64,000 bases of DNA from NCBI GenBank assembly GCA_965655625.1, contig CBFHHA010000002.1, positions 33,655 to 97,654 of the forward strand, read 5' to 3'. Each line of letters begins with the position of its first letter. The stretch's first letter is position 1. Positions 48,016-56,600 of the stretch are shown in pieces. The notes beneath the pieces are model-generated. The model was given only the letters and a program-made list of their open reading frames with translations. It ran no database searches and was not told the origin of the DNA. Origin of the DNA: Flavobacteriales bacterium (lineage in GTDB: Bacteria > Bacteroidota > Bacteroidia > Flavobacteriales_D > CAJJDF01). Both the position numbers and the translations under genes were made by a program.

Positions 48016-49602
48016 ATGGCAAAGCGATTTCTACTTTCTGTTTCAACTGGTTTGCTTCTTGGTTTCAGCTGGGTAGAAATTACAGGTTTCTTTCCTTTAA
48101 TTTTTGTTTCCCTCGTTCCCTTTCTTTTTTTAGAAAATCAAATATTGGAAAACAAATTATCCGCAACTAAAGTATATGTCCATGCATTTGTCGTGTTTTC
48201 GGTGTTCAATATCGTGACAACTTGGTGGATTTATCACGCAACTCTTTCAGGAGCGCTCATGGCTTTTTTCTTCAGCGCAGTGCTGGTGGCATTCCCATTT
48301 TGGTTTTTTCATCTTACACGAAAGTATGTAGGCAATAAAGAGGGTTATATTGCTTTTGTAGTCAATATCTTGGCTTTCGAGTGGTTGGACTATAATTGGC
48401 CTCTCTCACACCCTTGGCTTCCTTTCGGAAATGTGTTTGCGGCTGCGCCCGATACCGTACAATGGTATGAATTTACGGGAGTATCTGGCGGTTCGTTATG
48501 GATTCTGGTGGTAAATTTACTGGTGTATTTTGGATATAAAAAATACAAGGAAACCAAACAATTTAAGCCAACAAGAAGTTACCTTGTCTCGATAGCGATT
48601 ATCGTTTTCGTGCCTCTTTCATTTTCATTTTTGCTTAAACAAGCTGTACAAGTAGGTGAACACAATAAGAAACTTGAAATAGTGCTTTCCCAGCCAAATG
48701 TAGATCCATATCAAAAGTTTGACGGAGCGCTTTCTTCCATTGAACAAGTGGATAAGATGATGCAGATTACGAGAGAGGTAATGACTCAGAACACACGACT
48801 TGTATTGACACCAGAAACAGCCCTGAGTTCTTCGTTAGAGGAGAGTATGATGAGTTATTCTGATGAAATAAGAAGGATTAAAAAATTCTTGAAAGACTAC
48901 CCCAACGCCAAAGTGATAACCGGAGCTTCTACGCATGCTTTTTTTGATGAGGAACATTCAATTGCATCGCGAGAACTAAAATCTGGAGGATTTTGGGAAG
49001 CTTATAATTCTACACTTCTTATTGATACGTCCATTTCCATTGATACATATCACAAAATGAAATTGGTATTGGGTGTAGAGACTTTGCCGTTTCAGTTTAT
49101 TACAAAACCCTTAGAGACTTTATTTGACCTGGGCGGCACAAGTGGCACATTGGGCAGAGAAAAGTCGCCAAAAAACTTTGACGTATCCGGAACATTAATA
49201 GCGCCTACCATCTGTTATGAGTCAATTTATGGCGAGTTTATGGGCCAGTTTTGTGTAAAGGGCGCAAAAATAATTGCTGTAAGTACAAATGATGCTTGGT
49301 GGTACGACACTCCTGGATACAAGCAGTTATTAGCTTATACACAGCTCAGAGCAATTGAGAATCGTAAGTGGATTGCTCGATCGGCTAATACAGGAATTTC
49401 TTGCTTTATAAATCCAAAAGGTGAAATTATAAAAAAGACCAATTGGGAAGAAACCACAGCTATATCGATGCAGGTCCCAGAAATGGAGAGAGTAACCTTC
49501 TATGCGAAGCATGGAGATTACCTTGCGAGAATAGCGCTATTCATCGCTCCGTTACTGATTTTACTCACTTTTGTAAGAAGATTCAAAAACAAAGAAGTTT
49601 AA
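48016..49602 (+). CDS. lnt: Apolipoprotein N-acyltransferase
   Basis: An N-terminal polytopic membrane domain is followed by a nitrilase-fold domain with the catalytic Cys context PTICYESIYGEF. The ATG lies 1 nt after the upstream TAA. Confidence 0.8.
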   Translation: MAKRFLLSVSTGLLLGFSWVEITGFFPLIFVSLVPFLFLENQILENKLSATKVYVHAFVVFSVFNIVTTWWIYHATLSGALMAFFFSAVLVAFPFWFFHLTRKYVGNKEGYIAFVVNILAFEWLDYNWPLSHPWLPFGNVFAAAPDTVQWYEFTGVSGGSLWILVVNLLVYFGYKKYKETKQFKPTRSYLVSIAIIVFVPLSFSFLLKQAVQVGEHNKKLEIVLSQPNVDPYQKFDGALSSIEQVDKMMQITREVMTQNTRLVLTPETALSSSLEESMMSYSDEIRRIKKFLKDYPNAKVITGASTHAFFDEEHSIASRELKSGGFWEAYNSTLLIDTSISIDTYHKMKLVLGVETLPFQFITKPLETLFDLGGTSGTLGREKSPKNFDVSGTLIAPTICYESIYGEFMGQFCVKGAKIIAVSTNDAWWYDTPGYKQLLAYTQLRAIENRKWIARSANTGISCFINPKGEIIKKTNWEETTAISMQVPEMERVTFYAKHGDYLARIALFIAPLLILLTFVRRFKNKEV

Positions 49603-49636
49603 TGAAATAAAATTTTTTGATTTATTATAAAAAGTA

Positions 49637-49644
49637 TATATTTG
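49637..49644 (+). promoter_or_regulatory. Candidate -7 box (TAtaTTTG) for tRNA-Phe
   Basis: Exact TAnnTTTG match 14 nt upstream of the mature tRNA 5' end. Confidence 0.45.
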
Positions 49645-49658
49645 CACCCTGTTAAGGA

Positions 49659-49731
49659 GGTTCCTTAGCTCAGTTGGTAGAGCAATGGACTGAAAATCCA
49701 TGTGTCCCCGGTTCGAATCCGGGAGGAGCCA
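49659..49731 (+). tRNA. tRNA-Phe (anticodon GAA)
   Basis: Hand-folded cloverleaf: acceptor GGTTCCT/AGGAGCC (one G-U pair), D arm GCTC-AGTTGGTA-GAGC, anticodon stem ATGGA/TCCAT with loop CTGAAAA, T arm CCCGG-TTCGAAT-CCGGG, discriminator A. CCA is not encoded. Confidence 0.93.
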
Positions 49732-49740
49732 CTAACAAAT

Positions 49741-49774
49741 AAATCCCTTCCACGAAAGTAGGAGGGATTTTTTA
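49741..49774 (+). terminator. Rho-independent terminator after tRNA-Phe
   Basis: AAATCCCTTCCAC-GAAA-GTAGGAGGGATTT (two imperfect pairs) followed by a T-run. Confidence 0.65.
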
Positions 49775-49855
49775 ATTTAATCAAGTTTTATTTCGGGATA
49801 TTCTGTGTTCAAATCAATGAACAGATACGGTATTATTTCTTAGCTAGATCCCCCA

Positions 49856-49893
49856 GCAGATTGACATTTGAGCTTTAGCGGTAATGGCAATCG
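49856..49893. repeat. Left REP-like palindromic hairpin flanking the Y1 transposase
   Basis: gcaGATTGACATTtgagctttagcggtAATGGCAATCg has arms that pair at 9 of 10 positions. It is the inverted counterpart of 50558-50593. Confidence 0.75.
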
Positions 49894-50000
49894 GTTTACT
49901 TGCACTAACCTACTAAAACTACCTAAATAAGTTTAATTTTCAAAATCCCCAATTCTCCTGCATAATATTTAGCACTCGAATAAATATATTCTTCAGGTCT

Positions 50001-50477
50001 TTATACAATTCCTGCTTCTACAGGATTGTTATGTATATAATTCAATTTTTGTTTTGTCGTCTCAGGTTTGTATAGCTCAATAGGATGATTGTCATTTCTC
50101 CAAAGTTGGTAAGTTTGCTTTTTACTATTTTTTTTTCCTGCTTCTAGCACCACAGAAAGCAACCATTCTTTTTTACTCTCATTACTTTCTTGAATCGTTT
50201 TCAATATCTGTTTACTGGTATGTTTTTTCATATCTCGTATAATCGCAGATAGCTTATAATCTTCTTTTGCTCTTGCCAACATATGAATGTGATTACTCAT
50301 TATTACAAATCCATAAAGCTCCAATCCTTTTTCTTCTTGGCAATATCTCAAACTTTCAACAACTATATCTCGGTAGTTCTTTCCTGAAAATACATCTATC
50401 CAATTTACTGTACTGAATGTTAAAAAGTATAATGCATTTTCTTTTACTATCCTATAACTGGTTGTTCCTTTGCTCAT
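50001..50477 (-). CDS. IS200/IS605-family Y1 (HUH) transposase, RAYT-like; truncated by an in-frame TAA
   Basis: HUH motif SNHIHML and catalytic-Tyr motif LNYIHNNPVEAG. The frame continues for 25 sense codons beyond the TAA, to TAG at 49923-49925. Confidence 0.8.
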   Translation of the reverse strand: MSKGTTSYRIVKENALYFLTFSTVNWIDVFSGKNYRDIVVESLRYCQEEKGLELYGFVIMSNHIHMLARAKEDYKLSAIIRDMKKHTSKQILKTIQESNESKKEWLLSVVLEAGKKNSKKQTYQLWRNDNHPIELYKPETTKQKLNYIHNNPVEAGIV

Positions 50478-50557
50478 AGTGCTAATTTAAGTCTCTGCTA
50501 TGCCAATTACAAATTGGCTCTAACGTTTGAGCTTTTAATCATAGACTGCTTGTGGTA

Positions 50558-50593
50558 CGATTGCCATTACGCTGTCGCTAAATGTCAATCTGC
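50558..50593. repeat. Right REP-like palindromic hairpin (inverted copy)
   Basis: Its reverse complement, gcagattgacatttagcgacagcgtaatggcaatcg, shares the first 14 and last 12 nt exactly with the left copy. Confidence 0.75.
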
Positions 50594-50632
50594 AATTTAT
50601 TTATTTATATGGCAAGGTGCGGGGATTATTTT

Positions 50633-53600
50633 TTATTGAAATAAATTCACTCGAATCGCAAACCCAACATTCTGATTCATCGTAGGGAAGGAAGTAGAGA
50701 TGTATGGATTCGTCATTACTCGGTCGTAATAGAATCGCAGAGTAAATTGTTTGTTCAGTACATAATCGGCCGATCCTTTGATGGCAATGTAACGTTGTCC
50801 CGCAGTCAGTTGATTCTGATTCTGGTCTATTTTTCGGATAATGGTTTTGTTGTCTCTTAGCGATACATCCAGTCGTGCATTGATGTCGCTAATTGGTGTT
50901 TTCTTTCCTATTTTGATTGGAAATTTTACATTCTGAAAACGATATCCTGTTCCAATTGTAATTTCCGTTCCTTTCAATTCGGTAATTTGATTGTTAGCCA
51001 AACTCAGTGAAATGTTCCTGTTCGATCTGTATTCAAATTTTGTGATTAAGCTGTTTTGCCAAGTTGCGTCAACTTTAAAAAGTGGATTAAACTGTTCAGT
51101 AATAGCAACGGCCATTACTTGTTGTTCGGGTCTTATATTTCCGCTTTCGTCTCGGGTCTGGCTATTGCCATTTTCGTCTACCACTGCTTCCAAATCTGTA
51201 TTGAAAGAAGCCACAGTAAATGTGGAATTGTAAGCATGCGAAAAGACAATACTTCGGAAAAGTTTCCGAATAGCGGGCATTCTATTGAGTCCATCAATCG
51301 TTACTCTCCAATTTAAATTGGGCAGTGCGCTAAGCGGATTTAACGTCTTTTTGGTTAAGTTTTTTCCTGAATAGGCCGCAATAAAAGAAGCCATTACAAC
51401 TTCTTGCTGGGAAGCACCGTAACCATCATAGAATCCATCTGCATCAAGAGCTTGGGCCGAATAAGGGTTTTCCGAATTCAATAGGGCAGAGGCTTGTTTT
51501 CTGTTCTCGAGCAAATCGGTGAATAGTTTGGAATTCCCGTTTGTGTCGTCTTTCACAAAGGCAGTTCGTATGGAGTTAAACGAATAGTTGTAATTCCCAA
51601 CTCTCATTGTATTAAAATTTTGATAAGTTCCCAGAGAGTCATCCCAAATGAAATTCTCATTCATGTTTTCAGAATAAATGTAGTTTGCTGTAAGTTCTAC
51701 TCTAATTCCTTTAAATGGCTCAAATGTAGCTCTTGAGTTAAAATTTTTGCTGTGATTCGTGGTTCTTTGCGTATTGATGAATCTGCTTGATGGCCCAACC
51801 AGCCAGCCATTTTGAGCGGAAGTTACAGCGAAGTCATTCCCAGTTTCTCTTCCAAAAAAGTCTCTTTCTTGTTCTCCACCAAATACAAACCCTATACCAG
51901 GAGTGGTGAACCCATTGGTCATTCCAAAATATTCCGATCTTAGTTTGTATCCCGGCAATAATTGCCCATCAATTGTACTGTAACTGAAAGTCACGTTTTG
52001 CAACGACATCAATATTTTGGCCAATCCATCGCCAAAAGTAAGGGCATTTGGGTCTTTCTTTTTCGATTTTCCTTTTCTCTTCCCTTTGTCATCCTTGTCA
52101 TCTTGCTTGCCGTCATCGCTTTCGAGCTTTCCAGATTTTATTCTGCTTGTAGCAGATCTACGCGAGTTATTTCGTGACTTTTGATTCACTTTCTTAAAAT
52201 AAGGCACCTTATTGTACAAGTTTTTCATATTAAAACTTCCGTTCCATGCTATGTTTCTTGAGTTTTGGATTGTATTTCCTAATGAATCTTGCGACAAGGG
52301 CGCTCTTTGCCAGTCGTAAGTAGCTTGGTATTTTGTGGTCAAATTCACAAAACTTAGTACAGGTATTTTCTTAAATGGCCATGTGTAAGTGACGTTGGTC
52401 GATTGCAAAAAATGATTGTTTTCACCGAAATTTCCGAAACTTTTAAGCACACTGTCGCGGTTCATTTGAAATTCGTCAGGATAAAGAGTTTTATCAACTT
52501 TTAAATCACCAGGTTCTCGAATGAGACCTTGGTTGTTCGCGTTGTAATTTATCCTCAAACCTTCCATGATATTCCAGTTCAGGTTGTAGTTTCTGTCCCA
52601 AGTAAAAGTTTTGGAGAATTGAGGAATAATTAAGGCATTTCCGGTAATATCTCGTGCTTTACTTTCTGAGTAAGTCCTATCGATATTAGTGGTGAATGCT
52701 AGTTGTTTGGGCAGAGGGTTTATGTTAATGTCTCTAATAATTCTAAACCACTGCGAAGACCTAAGCAATTTACTATTCCGGAAAGGAGTAAACGGCTTCA
52801 TATTGGTTTGGTAAGTATAGTTTAGCGCCCCGTTGTAAGTTCTGTTTGTGTTATATTCTGTTTGAATATCTCTGCGGTAAAGTTCGTTGTAGGCATAAGT
52901 AAAACCAAAGTTCTTCAAATCCCAGGGATACATATTAGTCGAACGTTTTTTAGGTGACAAACGAACGTTTGTAAAGTTGATACTTCGCCTAACGGTAATG
53001 TCTCTTGCATCCTTGATTCGCTGTTGCTGCTCCTCTATTGATACGTCAGAAATAGATTGGTCAAATTCAATGTCGGGATTCAGTGGATCGAATTGTGGAT
53101 CGATTATTCCTTCCGAAAAACCAAGGAAGAGAGGGAATTGTAGCCCTACATTTTTTCCAAAGAACTTTCCCAATTGAATACTGGTTGCTGCATCCACTTG
53201 GCGAATAGTTTCCCTCTGTCGTTCGCTTACTCTTTGTTCTATTCCACCAAATCCTGGTGTACTAATTTGTCCTGCCAAAGAAACAGTGGCAAAGTCAGCT
53301 AGGGTTGTTTGCACTCTTGACTGGGCAGCCCATCCACCTGAGTTTTCAAAATCAGCCATTCTCAGTTCGTTCACCCATACTTTTACACACTTCTCTCTTC
53401 CATCATCTGGTTGCCAAGGATGCGCTTTGTCTTTGTTTGGGTTTCTTACCCCAATCATAATAGTTTTAAGATCTCGTAGGTTTGGATTACCAATAACCTT
53501 TATGATGTGATCGGTTTTTCCCGGTACTGTTTGTTCAAAAATAGAGAGAATGGAGGCGTTCACGCCCAGCGAATTATTCCTGGCAACTTTTAAGTTTTTT

Positions 53601-56600
53601 AAGTCTTGTAAAATTATTTCTAAGTTATTCGCTTCTGGCCAAACATCAGCTTCCGATACTGCACCGTATGCCGTCATTTTTATAGGCATTTCATATTCGT
53701 AATAGTTGAACTGAAAATCGGTTCCAATTCTAACAAAAATTGTTACATCATCATCTTGAACAGGATCGTTGGTAATAGTGTGTTGCTCACCGTGCACAAA
53801 CATTTTGATTTTCTTGTAGTTCAATACATCAAAATCAACACTTCTGAAAGCGGCCTTGGCTACACCATCTTTCAGTCCACATAGTTCCATCTCAAGTGAT
53901 TGCTCGTTCAGATATGCCTGTACAGCGGAGTTGGGATTAATTTCTCTTTGAAAATTGGGTGGTATCGTGTAGTTAATTGGATCTCTTTCAGAATTTTCTT
54001 CAATATTCACAGCGGAGATATTAAAAATTGTTCCCGAAGGATCGGATTGTATATATTCTCCATCGTCCACTATATCTTTCTCATACCTTCTCCAAGTCCC
54101 TCTCAATAGTTCTAATCTGGCAAAACGAAGTATAACGGGTTGTTGGAAGTTTTTCATGAATATTCTCATAAAACGAATAGATCTAAAGTCTTGAATTCCG
54201 TTTACCACTTTGTTTGGCTCACGAACAGGCACACGATATTGGTACCAGGTGACTTGTTTTCCTGATGCTTTGTGTGTTCGTACAACTTTATCAACGATAT
54301 AGTTCTTACCCACTTCCATTTCACCAGGTTTCATGTTAATTTTGTATTGATAGTAACTTTCTGTTTCATTCAAGTTATTATCTCTATTGATGTCTTCCAA
54401 ATCTGGCAAAGTAGTTTTAGAAGTTGGGTATCCTTGGGCATTTATTGACTGAGATTGTTCGTCAGTTGCCGAGTTTCCTTCCAGTCCGTTGAATCTCTTG
54501 TATCGAGCAATAATATTTGCTGTTCGGCTGTCATAAACATCATTACGGTAGAACGTGTAGTCATCTCCTGCAGGGTCGCTAAGTAAAGCAGATTTTGCGG
54601 TTGGTGAAAGTGAAGAAGTGTTTACCCAATTTAGGTAATCCGAAAAGAATGCTTGCTCTTGACTACTTGAAAGCCCGTCCAATCCAACATCTTGGAATAT
54701 TCTACTTGCAGGTGTATTATCAAAGGCAGTAATAATTTGTTGAACAGTCGGAACTCTTCCCCAAGCTGTTGAAGTGAGGGTAGAAGGGTCAAATACACCA
54801 TCGGTAGGAAGTCCATTTTCAAATGTTTTGATTCCATCTCGCAATATGTCCTCAGAAACGTTCCCTAAATTAATATAAAGTTCACCCCCTGTCGAGTTTG
54901 GTGAGTCGTCATTATCACCACCCCCTGTCGAGTTGAAAGGTTCCATTATCCAGAATTGAATGTATTCTATGTTTGCATTTTCAAAATCATTCGTTTGAAG
55001 TTGCCTCATGATGCCACCCCATCTTGAGCTTGGGTCGTTCAATAAACCATTATTTGCTAGTCCTCTCGAAATAGAAGAAGGATCAGTATCAAAGTTATAA
55101 GGTCCTCTTTCTGAAGGGAAAAAGGCTAAGTTAAACATGGCAATTCGGTCAATTTGACCAGCCGTAGGATCTATACTTCTGTTTGGGAAAAGTTCACTCT
55201 CCTGAACAAGTCTCATGGTGTGGTTATGCTGAATTGCATCAGCCTCCACGTAACCCGGAACCAATCCTCTTTCTTCGTAAAAAACAGAAGGATCGTAAAC
55301 ATTCCAGTTCATTAACGCTCTGTTTTTTCCATAGTTCAGGTTGTTAATTAAATCTGCTTCTGGAAATAAATCGGGTTGACCTTGCGGTACACTTGCAATT
55401 ACCCATGTATTAAAGGAACGGATATCAATCGCAGATTGACTTCCTTCAAAATCATCGATAAACGATTGTCCTTCATCTCCAATTGCTGGATTGTGGCCTG
55501 GAATAAGGTAGGCGGCTTCTACCGATGCAGTAATACTTGATTTTTCTTTGGTGTTGATAAAAGGAATTCGATCTACCAATTTGGTTAAAAATGGCGCGTC
55601 TTGCTGGAAATTACCATTTATTCCGAGCATGGTGTTTCGAACAGGCTCATCCCCAATGTTTACTTTTTGCGTCATCGGTTTTTCTGATAACCTGAGCATG
55701 GTTGCACCTAAGTTGAAATTTTTATTGAATTGGTAATCAAAATGGGTACCAATCATTGTTTTTTGTATCGAGGTAAAGAGCGAGTTACTCTCCAATGATA
55801 TTTTAATGGGAGTTCCCGAGTTCAATACACCATCATTTAATATTTTCACTCTTCCGATATTGTAATCAACGGTGTAGTCTTGGTTTTCCACTAACCGAAC
55901 CCCTCCGGCAGTTACGGTTACAGATCCCTGAGGAATGTTAAATGCGTTTAATGATATTTCTGAGCTATTTGCTGATTCATAGGTTCCCTTTATTTTGAAT
56001 CGGTTTAGCTCTGGAAACTGGAGAGCGATGGTTTGGGTACTGTCATATAATTCGTTGTAGGCAATTGTATTCACCACTGCGGGGGAAACCCCTGCATTGG
56101 TAAGTTGTTGCTCTAGATAAGAACCAAAGGGTTCTACTTTACTAAAAATAATTCGTCCGTTCTGTGGGTTGATTGTTCCCCCATTATCTACTTTATTACC
56201 AATGTATTGTAGAGGGATAAAATCAAAGACTCCATCGGCATACGATTGTTGTTGTTGATTAATAATATCCGACCCAATAAGTTGAAGGACCAATTTATTA
56301 TCTACTCCAGGTTGGGGTATGTAGTTGATTTCAACCCCAGTTTTTGGATTGTTGTACCAAATGTCTAGCTTAAAGTTTTCTTGGTTTATCTGGTACGCAC
56401 CAATCGAATAGATGTTTTTCATCATCAAGTCCCACACTTTGTTTTGGGGTGAGTTGACTGTTCCTTTTAGCATTTTTACAAATAAGGCATCATTTCCTTT
56501 GATTCCGTCCGTGGAGAATTCACCTATCTGAAATGTTTTTCCTTGATAGGTATATTGGTAGGCCACACCGAGAATCTCGTCATTATTCAAGGGTTGATTC

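Larger units (their letters stand above)
49856..50593 (-). mobile_element. RAYT/REP-like or IS200/IS605-like unit (about 740 bp)
   Basis: A Y1 transposase gene is bracketed by inverted palindromic hairpins, between tRNA-Phe and the sprA 3' end. Confidence 0.6.

Noticed and set aside
49659-50632. tRNA-Phe-linked genomic island
   Set aside because: There is no integrase and no repeat of the tRNA 3' end, and the only cargo is the 740-bp transposase unit. It is too small and lacks the hallmarks of an island.
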